Origin: Bugula neritina
Taxonomy: Eukaryota > Animalia > Bryozoa
NCBI GenBank assembly: GCA_964035545.1
Contig: OZ037771.1
Coordinates: forward strand, 4,289,628 to 4,353,627
Length of the DNA: 64,000 bases
Reading direction: 5' to 3'
Shown piece after piece: positions 37,301 to 49,300 of this stretch. Under the pieces are notes generated by a model. That model was not told where the DNA came from. It saw only the letters and a program-made list of their open reading frames with translations, and made no database searches. A program made the position numbers and the translations under genes. The first letter of the stretch is position 1. Each line of letters starts with the position of its first letter.

Positions 37301-39501
37301 GTATTATCTTACTATTCTCTACGTATTATATCTCACCATGTCATACTATGCAATATATCTCTATGCTAGATTATATAATATATCTCTATGTTAAGCTTTG
37401 AATATCGGTTTGTTTCTAAAAAAGATATCGCTACCAAGTCTTTCAATTTTGGAGAACTTTTCATGATGCAATTTGTTTAAAACTTGTACTTGTTAGCAAC
37501 TGTTTTTATTTGAAGTAATATTTTGAAAAATTATTTGAAATACTGCATTATTGGTAAAGTTTTTTGTCATTGAACTCGAAACCGACAACTGCAATCGGGG
37601 AAACATTTTTTCATCAGTCAATATGGTATGTGATATATCAATCTGTCTGGTAATTAGGTCGAGTGGTGGCCATTACCAAAATATTTAGAATATTCACCAG
37701 TCATTCAGCTAAAAATAATATATTTCTAATTGTTTATTCAATTCTGTTTTTGTACTGATAGTCATTCAATACACAGTGTATTGCTTTTCTTTTGTTTTTT
37801 CAGCTTTTTTCACTGGTGGTAACTAAAATTTAAATAGTTATAATCTTAATCTTACTGTTTAATCTTAATCTTTAGTTTACACTATCTTCTGCAGGTTGGA
37901 GGCTTCTTTGCAGTGGCATGGGGAATAGGGATGATACTATATCTATTTAGTCCAATTCTGGGCATCCCTCTTCTCATACACCCTCTATGGATATATGGAT
38001 TTATGCTCGTATACTTACTAAACCCATTTCCTGTTTTACACTACCGCTCTCGTCGATGGCTTCTCAATGTGCTGGTGGGTCTCCTGTTATAAAATATATT
38101 CTTTTTTAATAGAAATCTTCAGAGTTACCGATTTTAGAGACTTATTTTTCAATAGTTAACATGCATTTCACAGTCACTGTAAAAAAACCAGAGCTTTTAA
38201 AATAAGATATTATTGAGGCATAATAAAACTTTTTGATACATCTTTTATGCATTCATGCTTACTGGTCTACATCACAGAATTTATTTGTCAGATTCAAATA
38301 TTTAAACACTAGAAACTATATACTACTAGATGCTAACTAATAGACACTGACACTTACTTATGTTGACACTTTATGATGCTGACACTTCCTGATGTTGACA
38401 CTTATTGATGTTGACATTTAGTGACTCAAACATCAGCTTTATTTTCTCAATAAAATTACTATGATACTCTCATGTAACACTGATTAAGCATATCTTCTTC
38501 TTTCACCAATTAACATATCCTGATTCCCCAGCCAGTCATGTGTGTTGATAGACGTGTCATCCACATTTACAAGAGCCCAACAATTTATTCTACTAAACTC
38601 TGTCCTAACTCTACTCTGTTCTGGTCTGGTGTTAGTTCCGTATGATGACACCTCCCTTCCACTACGTGGGATTTGCTGACTTTTGGATGGCTGATCAGTT
38701 CAACAGCCTCGCTATAGTGTTGGTGGACATACAGTACTTCCTGTGTTTTTATGCCTCCGAGGTACAATGGGCCGGACCAAATGGTATGTGTGCAAATTAT
38801 CTGTTAGTATTGGTTTAAGTGACTGAGACCAAGTGGTCCGGACCATGTGTTACATATATATTATAATAAACAGTAAAGTGGTCCGGACCATGTGTTACAC
38901 ATATATATTATAATAAACAGTAAAGTGGTCCGAACCATGTGGTACACATATATTATAATAAACAGTAAAGTGGTCCAAACTCACATACATATATGATGAA
39001 TATAGTCAATATAACTGGAATAGCTATAAGTTTTATATATGCTATGTTTTCCAAAAATTAAAGTACACAATCTTGGCGATGAATGGTTATTTGTTTTTCC
39101 TATCCTGTTTCAGCTCTGCAAGACGTAAAGATGGAAATGGTTTGTTCTAACGGCACAACCTTCCAATGTCAAAGTAAGATCATCTTTGTATATTTTTCTG
39201 TCATATCTACTTGCCTTCATTTAGGCTTTTGTTTCACTTTCTTTACTCGAAGTACAATGCCATTTAGTTTGAGATTACCTTTACTTCTATACAAACATAT
39301 TAATCAAATGCGTGAGTGTGTGCGTTTGCAAATACAGCAGCCTTTTTAGGATTTGTCCCCTCTTCAACACAGAACAGTTCACAATGGCCCATACCTTAAA
39401 AATTGGAGAAACTTGTGTTTTTACTAAAGTATATGTATATACTTACATAGTGTACGTATACATACCTACACACACAAGCTCACACGCATACTTATATATT
39501 T

Positions 39502-39535
<34 letters not shown>

Positions 39536-39619
39536 GTATTGATACAATTTTGGATATAAAAATAAACTTAGATCTTCATATTATTGACTACAATATTGTT
39601 TCACGTAGTGTAAGCTACG

Positions 39620-39653
<34 letters not shown>

Positions 39654-42600
39654 TTTATACATATACATATATGTATATATACTATTCTAGCTTCATTTAA
39701 TGGAACGTTTGAGAACCCCTGTGGAGATGTAAATGCTACAGCTATAGTCTGCCAAGGTAAGATTATTTCTAATGGCTTTAAGCTACTCAACAAAGTAAAG
39801 TATAAAGTCATAAATTCCAGTTGAGATTGCTAAATTAGAAATTGAAATGATTTATATTTAACGAAATATATTCTTTATTTTTATGTTTATGAATTTTGTT
39901 GCAAATATTTTTCTCCACACTGCTTTGATGGGATTCCACTTTCCTATAGTGATGGCTAGTCATAACACTATTTGTAATATGATGTTACTTCTAAATCATG
40001 TTGTATACGGATTAGCCTCAAAACTTTAAAATATTCAGTGAATGATGGGTGAGTAGAGTAACACCCTCTCTTTGTGATTGGATAAAATTATGATGTAAGT
40101 TTGTGTCACATGATGTATAGTAAGTAGTATTGTCTGCATTACGCAGTGCCCTATAGTAGTAGACTTATTGCAGCAATAAACCAGTGTGCAAGCAACCAGT
40201 ACGCCATCCGACCCATAGTCGCCTTACTACCTGCGTACTGGAGATTCGCTCAGTGCTGGAGACGTTACCGGGACACTAAACATGTCTTCCCTCATGTTGT
40301 GAATGCCTTCAAGTACAGTACCTCCTTCCTCGTTGTCACTTTCTCCGCTCTCAACTCGTGGTACAAAGGTCAGCGTCACTTGTATTTCATTTTATAAAAA
40401 CTCACGTAAGTTTATACTCATTATCCCTGTGAGAAACCCCTGGTGTAAAGGTTTTTTGTTAAATCGGGATAAGGGCTTATTTAGATGGAGTACAAGAGTA
40501 ATTATGACTAGATGCTCTTCCTAACATCACCAATGGCCTTTGGCGGGGTTCGAACCCATGACTGCGTGTTTGCTAGGCTAGCACTCTAACCCCTAGACTA
40601 CAGCTGCTCACTTAGTATTTCATTTTATACTTTCATTTGCATTGCATTATTACAGTGCTCCCTCCGTATCTCACTAAGCTAGGGGTTCTGAAATCTCATC
40701 TGGTGACATAGTAGAATACCATATTTAACTCATGGATTCATTAAATTCTGCCATTTTGTCTCTATACACATATAAATAAGTCACAAACAGGGTCCGAGTC
40801 CTTCTTATGATATATGAAATTTCTTGAGAACGAGATCTGTGAGATATGGAGGGACCACTCCATTGATAGAGTCTCGAGTTCCTTTATCCTTGCTGCTTTC
40901 TGTGTGCAGAACATGGCAAGTCTGACGTGATTCCGGAAAGTCTGTTCTTGTGGTTTTGGTTGCTGGCTGCCATCGTCAGCTCCTGCTACACGTACACCTG
41001 GGACATCAAGATGGACTGGGGGCTGCTTGATAAGAACGCCGGTGAAAACAGATTTCTACGGGAGCAAACAGTGTACCACTACAAGGTATGTGCTACCATC
41101 TTGTGTACCACTACAAGGTATGTTCTACCATCTTGCGACCACTACAATAATATATACATATTTGGGTTTATGCTTTCAACTATCTTATGCATTTAACACT
41201 TTTTACTAATTCCAATTATTTGTTAGTAATGTTTGTATAGAGTTGTGTGCCCTTTGTTGTTCACACATGCGCTGCATCTAGCATAGTGCGTGGTGTTTGC
41301 AGTGGTACTACTACCTGGCCATGGTTGAAGACTTGATTTTGCGGTTCACATGGACCATCACCATGTCTGCTACTGAGACTGGCTTCATAGACAGCGAGAT
41401 TCTACGCACTGTCATGGCCGTCTTAGAGGTTATTCGGTAAGCTATGACTCGCTTTCGACTTTTATTTTTTCACGCCAAGTTTAGCTTTTTTATGTTATGA
41501 TGGTGACATGTGTCAATATTGTTTACACTCTTGCTAATGATATTTATTGCAATTAGCTATATTTAATAAATTGGTCGATGGAATAGCTAATAGCAGTAAA
41601 TGTCAAAATATAATTTACACATGCCAAAAGTCATAATTTTTTGGCGACAAAAATATTCTTATTGCATAAATTTCTTTTTAGAACTAAATATTTTTAATAT
41701 TGCATTACAAAATTTATTAAATCATGTAACAGCATATGGTAAGATTGTCGTGTGAGCACCTTTATTTACACATCTGACACAATACAACATACATTTAGTA
41801 GGTATAAATTGTTGTACTGACACTATATAGCAATATGAAGGTATTTTCGCTAAATTAAATACAGGCTTAATTATGCATTAATTATATGGCAATAGTAATC
41901 AGATGTAGGAGTTGTCTTATCATATAGAGTCGAAGACGTGAATTATTATGTAGTAGAAATAGGTTAATGCCTGCAAATTGTTTAGTTTAACACCAAATAA
42001 GATTCGACTTGATACTTTACTTTAAAACTAATTGAAATTAAAAAATAAAATAGAATAAAAACTGTAAGGGTATGTAAATAAGACAAAAAAAATTAGTGTG
42101 TGGATGGGCAACAAGTTTCTGTATTGAATTTTCATATATTTCCAGGAAATTAACTTCGGATGATGTTTACTGCCTGTATTATATTAATTGTGCGGCGTAT
42201 TTCTTATCAAAATGATGTACTCTGACTCTATAAAAAGCTCTTAGTTTTATGTTTTACTTTTTAGACGGTTTATATGGAACTTCTTCCGACTGGAGAATGA
42301 GCATATCAACAATTGTGGTCAGTTTCGTGCAGTTCGAGACATATCCATTACGCCTATTGATCACAGTGACCAGGTATATAGTAATATATATATAACTCAT
42401 ACAGTATATAATACCATATATAACTCCTACAGTATATAATACTATATATATAACTCCTACAGTATATAATAATATATATAACTCCTACAGTATATAATAC
42501 TATATATAACTCCTACAGTATATAATACTATATATATAACTCCTACAGTATATAATACTATATATAACTCCTACAGTATATAATAATATATATAACTCCT

Positions 42601-43788
42601 ATAGTATATAATACTATATATAACTCCTACAGTATATAATACTATATATAACTCCTACAGTATATAATACCATATATAACTCCTACAGTATATAATACTA
42701 TATATATAACTCCTACAGTATATAATACTATATATAACTCCTACAGTATATAATACTATATATAACTCCTACAGTATATAATAATATATATAACTCCTAT
42801 AGTATATAATACTATATATAACTCCTACAGTATATAATACTATATATAACTCCTACAGTATATAATACTATATATAACTCCTACAGTATATAATACTATA
42901 TATAACTCCTACAGTATATAATAATATATATAACTCCTATAGTATATAATACTATATATAACTCCTACAGTATATAATAATATATATAACTCCTGCAGTA
43001 TATAATACTATATATAACTCCTGCAGTATATAATACTATATATAACTCCTACAGTATATAATACTATATATAACTCATACAGTATATAATACTATATATA
43101 ACTCCTACAGTATATAATACTATATATAACTCCTACAGTATATAATACTATATATAACTCCTACAGTATATAATACTATATATAACTCCTACAGTATATA
43201 ATACTATATATAACTCCTACAGTATATAATACTATATATAACTCCTACAGTATATAATACTATATATAACTCCTACAGTATATAATACCATATATAACTC
43301 ATACAGTATATAATACTATATATAACTCATACAGTATATAATACTATATATATAACTGACTAGGTGGCATATCTATCTATAAGATATAGTTCGTCTTACT
43401 TTACTCAATACGATGCTTCTGTCGGCAGGTTTTGCTCGAGAAAATGATGGACGAGGAAGACGGAGTATCCAACAGAAGAGAAAAGGATGCAAAACGTGGC
43501 TTGAGGTTTGTGATTGTTACATATTCTGCACTGAATACTGGTAGTTGCTTAATACTAAATGCTGGTACTCAGTCTATTCCATGTGTAGTTGCTCAGTCTA
43601 TGCTCTGTATCTGATACAGGAAGCGTGACGTGAAGATGTGGACAGACGATGACGAGGATGAACAGACAGACACCTGGACAGTATTCAAAGGTGGAATATC
43701 CAACTGGTTACAGAGTCGCAAGCAATCTCACCTTTCATCTCGTAAGGGAAGCAGCAGCCTGTCTCTGGATCACTCAAAGGAGATTTGA
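28331..43788 (+). CDS. XPR1: XPR1 / SLC53A1 SPX-EXS phosphate exporter, complete, 17 coding exons, ~719 aa
   Basis: Exons 28331-28399 ([23 protein letters not shown]), 29539-29590, 33454-33555, 33931-34037, 34696-34827 ([19 protein letters not shown]), 35396-35497, 36222-36381 ([12 protein letters not shown]), 36777-36964, 37895-38074, 38636-38783 ([12 protein letters not shown]), 39114-39173, 40174-40368 (FKYS), 40910-41085 (WDIKMDWGL), 41303-41436, 42265-42373 ([26 protein letters not shown]), 43429-43505, 43620-43788; 2160 nt in total. Confidence 0.96.
29788..30232. mobile_element. Family A MITE-like repeat interrupted by a nested insertion
   Basis: The 5' part to aaagaactta and the 3' part ggctattctccgctactgcacctaaat match the 6619 copy once 29911-30206 is removed. 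Confidence 0.75.
29911..30203. mobile_element. 293-bp PIF/Harbinger-type (Tourist-like) MITE
   Basis: 14-bp perfect TIR aggcctggcctcac / gtgaggccaggcct, with TTA target duplication at 29908-29910 and 30204-30206. Confidence 0.88.
30612..30811. mobile_element. MITE family C copy
   Basis: tagtgctccctccatatctcac ... gtgagatacggagggagcactg, flanked by TA on both sides. Confidence 0.8.
36010..36218 (+). repeat. ~27-nt repeat (gataacatgctgtgatatataataatat-like) ending at acceptor 36221
   Basis: About 5 clear units plus degenerate ones immediately before tatactgtcag|AAC. Confidence 0.85.
36973..37335 (+). repeat. 21-nt minisatellite, ~17 copies, starting 8 nt after donor 36965
   Basis: Unit tcactattctctacgtattatc-like. 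Confidence 0.92.
38830..38978 (+). repeat. ~43-47-nt repeat, 3 copies plus a partial one, just downstream of donor 38784
   Basis: Unit aagtggtccggaccatgtgttacatatatattataataaacagta; resembles the exon end tgggccggaccaaatg|gtatgtg. Confidence 0.85.
40396..40609 (-). mobile_element. tRNA-derived SINE, best-preserved copy
   Basis: The reverse complement begins gagcagctgtagtctaggggttagagtgctagcctagcaaacacgcagtcatgggttcgaaccccgcc (A box and B box GGTTCGAACCC), followed by a non-tRNA body and a T-rich end. Confidence 0.8.
40653..40859. mobile_element. MITE family C copy
   Basis: ta|cagtgctccctccgtatctcac ... gtgagatatggagggaccact. Confidence 0.78.
41071..41146 (+). repeat. 32-nt tandem duplication spanning the exon/intron donor junction
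   Basis: gtgtaccactacaag|gtatgtgctaccatctt twice, plus a degenerate third copy. Confidence 0.92.
42371..43358 (+). repeat. 28-nt minisatellite, ~34 copies, starting at donor 42374 and filling most of the 1055-nt intron
   Basis: Unit cagtatataatactatatataactccta; the first unit is cag|gtatatagtaatatatatataactcata. Confidence 0.95.
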
Positions 43789-45699
43789 ACTCTCATATTC
43801 AGTGCAACCAATAATATGCAAAGTTTTATTTGCTGCGAGAGTTTTACTCTTTTTTTTAATATTTTTTTCAAGGTATTGGCAATTATTTTAACACAAAGTA
43901 ACACAATGAACGGTTTAGTGCATATTCTTTCTCTATTTTACAATCTCTAATCCAAAATCTCGTTATTCAAGTGTTTTTACTTCTGCTCTTTACATATTAC
44001 TTACCAGTTTATTGAAAATGATGTATTTTATTGATTTATGCAAACATATTTTTACTTAGACTCTAAATTAATCTTCTAGTCAGTCTAAATTGTCCAACTT
44101 TTTGTTAAGTTGGCTAGTGATATTTTCTGTAGTTTTCCAAATTACTCTAACTCCCTATATTGTTACTGAAAGTATTATGTTATTGCATAATATATTGATG
44201 GCTAATTATTTTTAGGTAATGTTATTTCTTGAATTTTATATTTTTGTTGCAGTATTTAATGGTCAAATATAATCTAAACTGAAAAAATATGGTTTGTGAT
44301 TGCTTGTATGAGTAGTATCAAGATCACTACATGCAATTTATTTCTAATAAATAATACCAGATAGTTACATGTATGTTTTTTTGTGTTGGTATACAAAGTA
44401 AAAATGAAACATCATGCATTAAAGATGTACTGCTGTTTTAATCATGTTTGTGATATAAATCACATATATGTACGTGTAATTCTCTATTATATATCTGAAA
44501 CAATGAATTTTTCAAATATGACATATGAAAGACATACTTTTATTCATATAAAAAATATCAATTAATTTTTAAAATGACTTTATTAGCTCCATGCTAGGCT
44601 AAAACCTAATTTATAAGTGTTCTTGTGCCAAATCGTAAGGCATGGCCATACATGGGCCTGTATGTAAACTCTCATACCAAATCTTAACAGTGACACATCT
44701 CATTTCTTGTTTTTTCCAAAAGCACACTCTATACTCACCTGCTCGTGGTGTCACAGTGGATCTCTCACATATGTCTGGTCCGCCAATGAGAACCAAGCTA
44801 TTTCTGAATAATGACTCAACATATAGGAGATCAAATGTTGTAAACAAGTTTGTTATAATTTCTAAGACATTGTTATCAAACTATGCCTTTATTATTTCTT
44901 TTGAAGCTATTTTTTTCACATTTAATAGAGTGACCTAAGACTCTAGGCTATTGCATAACTCTATGGCCTGTATTTAATAGAGTTTTCAAGTGTCAATGTG
45001 ATGGGAAATAATTTATGACAGCTACCATGATATATAATACTTGTATGTTAATGGTATTCAGCTCCCCTAATTAGAAATTGTTTAGCCAGCATAACGTGAT
45101 GCTGTGCAACTAAAACGATTTGTTTAGTTGAAAGTTATTTGTGACTTTCAGTGGAAACAACTATGAAAGCTTACAGATATAAATCCAGACTTTTGAACTG
45201 TAAGCCTAAAGACTGGCCCTTTAATTTAATGCCCTTTGCACAGTGTTTAGATTATTAGACTAAAATGATTTTATTTGCTAATTTGCAGTAAAGTTACAAC
45301 AAAAACTCATTAAAAGTTTTACTATTTTTCAACAAATTAGCACTTACATGTCGTGATTTCTGCATTGACTGGGAATACTATGCTAATTACAGATTGTGTA
45401 AGCTGTATATTATTTTAGTTATAGATTTCGTAAGCTATATTACAATTTAGCTGCTTGTTCGAAGTTGATGGACTTGACACACTATAGTATTATTTTTTCC
45501 GTAGCGGTTTTTGAAATTCATTGAAAAATATGCCTTTTTAGTAGTTGCTTGAATATGTTTTACCCCGGCCATGTATTTGTACTTTTATATCTTATGGCAT
45601 ATAATAATACTGTAGGACTTTGAGTATACTCATACAAACAGCCTTAATTACATATTGTAAATAGATCTAACTGATTATACAATAACCTAATAAATTATA

Positions 45700-46120
45700 T
45701 GATATAATATACAATGCGGTATATCCAGTACTATGTTACAATATACAATGTAACTCTGCAATGATATAATATACAATATATTCACTATGTTACAATATAC
45801 AACGTACTCTGCTATGGTATATTATACAATATATTCACTATATGTCACAATCTACAATGTACTCTGCTATGGTATACTATACAATATATTCACTATATGT
45901 CACAATCTACAATCCACAATGTACTCTGCTATGGTATAATATGCAATATACCCACTATGTTACAATCTACAATGTACTCTGCTATGGTATAATATGCAAT
46001 ATATTCACTATGTTACAATATACAATGTACTCTGCTATGGTATACTATACAATATATCCACTATGTTACAATATACAATGTAGGCTATATACTCTCCTAT
46101 GGTATAATATACAATAATAT
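45700..46120. repeat. ~56-nt tandem repeat upstream of the XPR1 paralogue
   Basis: Unit tacaatgtactctgctatggtataatatacaatatattcactatgttacaata, about 7 copies. Confidence 0.85.
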
Positions 46121-46392
46121 ATTCTACTCGCTATTGTGCAATTGGTAAGGGCTACAGATTGTCAAATAACAGAACTGTTTATTTAGGACAATAGTATATT
46201 TATTACTGCACCATTCACTGCCAATGCCTGGTTAGTCACTCTTCATCTGAATTCATGCATCACTTTTGTCTCACGTACAGACTGGAGCCTATCAGATGCG
46301 ACCTGCTTTATAACACTTCATACTCACTATCAGATCACGGTTTCAAAGATTTCAACTATTTTCTGCTTTAATGGCCGCTACATTTCTTATAG

Positions 46393-49300
46393 CTGAGAAA
46401 AACTAAGCATTTCTTCTCTGAAAACCAAAATTGCTTAGAAATGGCAAATTTCAAAGTAGGCTTCATTCTAGGAATGACAACGGTTTTAATTTTCATCATC
46501 GCTTTAACTGGTAAGTTTTAAAAACTGCTACCAAATGAGTGATAACATCATTTGTGAAAAAAAGCTAGCTGTGAAACATTTTATGTTGTTTCAAAATTAA
46601 GTATTGTTGAAAGTTATTATTGCTAACTTGCTCACCTTTTTCACCTAGATGGCTGTAATCGGGCACGGTAGCCATGTTATTGCCTATTATTTGTTTTCTC
46701 AAACATACATAGTGAAACTTAGTCCAATTAATGAACACTTTCAATTAGACTTTGTAAATGAATTATGTATGTTCTTTTTCTGAGAAGGGTAGGTAAAGGC
46801 AAACATGTTTAGTGTGCTTCTTTGAAATTTATTAAACGAAACTTTTTTGCATGTTTATCTAAAACTATTGTAGAAGTTTATATATAAGAGAGTACAGTTA
46901 CCTATTATAGATATCTTTTTTCACTAGATTTATGCTATCCATGTTATTATTTTGAAAATATTTTTCTTTGTATTTGCAGTGTGAATAAATTAGCCCTGGG
47001 CTACAATTCACCCTCAAATAGATTTTGAACATTTATTTTGACGAAACAATGGTGCAATCAAAAGTTGAACACAATCAAAATGTCTAAAATTAAAAGCACG
47101 TAAATGTATAACAACTATTTAGAATATTTATCACTGGACATATCCCACAATACATCACTCTGTTGCCTACATCCTTTGTAGTAAACTAGATAGATTCAAT
47201 TTCTCCTGTAACTAAACCTAATGCTTTCTCAGCAGACAATAAATAGCCTTTGCTCTTTTATTTTGACAGCATCACACGTGCAGATCCCCTTGTCATGGCA
47301 AATTACAGTGCGGCTATTTCGAGCTCCTGCCTTGGTCACTGTGTACTTGTTCATGATCAGTGGAAACATGTATACATGGAGGGCTGTCGGAACAGATCGG
47401 GCAGCAATATTTAACACTGACTCAACAACTCAGCTCAGATACATAGACATGCTACAGGTTAGGGAGGGAGTAATTCCTTATCTTAATATGAATGCAACCT
47501 ATAGCTAGAAATAGCCAAAAGTAGCTAAAAACAGCTAAAAACAGCTACAAATAGCTAAAAATAGCAAATGTGGCATTTGGTACTTGATACTATAGTTTAA
47601 AATATAAAAATCTTCCTTTACTTTTGTTTTTGCTAAATTACACAAGTATAAAAAATGGGTGGTGCATTTTTTTAGTGTTTACAATATATTTCAAAGGTTG
47701 GAGGATTATTTGCCGTGGCATGGGGAATAGGGATGATACTATATCTATTTAGTCCAATTCTGGGCATCCCTCTTCTCATACACCCTCTAGGGATATCTGG
47801 ATTTATGCTCGTATACTTATTAAACCCATTTCCTGTTTTACACTACCGCTCTCGCCGATGGCTTCTGACGAAGCTGGTATGTTGGTTCCCTACTATTATT
47901 CTGTTACACTATGGCAAAGTAGGTGCGCTTTACATTGTGAATGTTATTTTGTACCTTGTTTAGCTAATATAATACCACAACTATATAATATAGTATAATA
48001 TAGAGCCCACCCAGTTGGTTTAGGTCACTACCCCTGTAAGAACCCCAGATGGAATAGTCATTTAAGCAGGCTAAGGACTTGCTTTCTATTGTAAAAATAA
48101 GTATTTATGACCAGAGGTCTTTTATAAAATCGCTGCAATGTGATTCAAACCATTGGCCTTGTGTTTACTAAGCCAGTGCTTTAACCACTTGTTTACAGCT
48201 GCTCCAGTGTAAAATATTATACCATGATATATTATACTATAATATAATTAACTTCAAACAAAAAGGTAAACTTGTAGTTGTATGTGGTGACTACTCCATT
48301 CCGAGAAGTCAGTTTTGCTGACTCTTGGATAGCTGACCAGCTCAACAGCCTCTCTCTGGTGATTGTGGATCTGCAGTACATGTTGTGTTTCTATATCAAT
48401 GAAGTAGAGTGGACAGGCTTTAATGGTATAAGTACTAGCTTAACACCATCATATATCTAAACCTACCAGCATTATGTATTTGTTTATAGAACCTCATGTG
48501 TGAGGTTTAAATATGCATGAAATAGGTTTATCTCACTAGTTCTGCTGCAGTGATAAGCTTGACAAAAATCTAAGTCTGTCCTCAATCTTTAGAGCCTAAG
48601 GTCTTGATATTGAGGATAATTATAAGCTATAAAGTCTATGAAACTCCACCTGTCATTCTGGTACATTAGTGAAAAAATCGTAATATAGCATAAATTCTTG
48701 AATCTTCTCAATATTGATTTTGGTTTGGGACGAGGTTGAAATTCTCACAAAAAATAATTTTTTGCTACATTTCTAATCTAGAACATAGCCTTTTCTCAAT
48801 TTCTCCATCACTGCACCTACCTCAGTCCTAGTCTATTTCCTAGAGCCTAGAGTCTATTATGTTTCTTGGGTTGCTTCTCATAAAAATAAAATTCTTTTTG
48901 GGGAAAAAACCCAACAGCTTCATTGAAAAAAAATTTACTAGTTCCTCACTTATTGGCCAGAAAAAGAACAAAATATTTCAACAAAGTTTGACAAAATCAA
49001 ATGCTCAATAAGCTATAGAATGCATCAATTATCTACAGCCATAATCCTCACTTCACCTATCTTTGTTCTCTCCTGTTTGGGTAGCGGGTATCTACAAGCA
49101 TAATGGTTGCAGCAAAGTCAGCATTAAATATGTGCATTTAAATAGTGCTCAAACTTTTTAGCTGTTAGAGGAACAAAGATGGTGGCAACATGTGACGATG
49201 GCCGTGTTTTGACTTGCGCAGGTAATAATACCAAAAATTGTTACTGCATGTTAGTTTTCATTTCTACTAGTGTGTGTACATCAAGCTCAGTTTGAAACCT

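Noticed and set aside
40540-40609. Possible tRNA gene
   Set aside because: No complete cloverleaf, and it is joined to a repeated body found five times in the window, so it is a SINE head.
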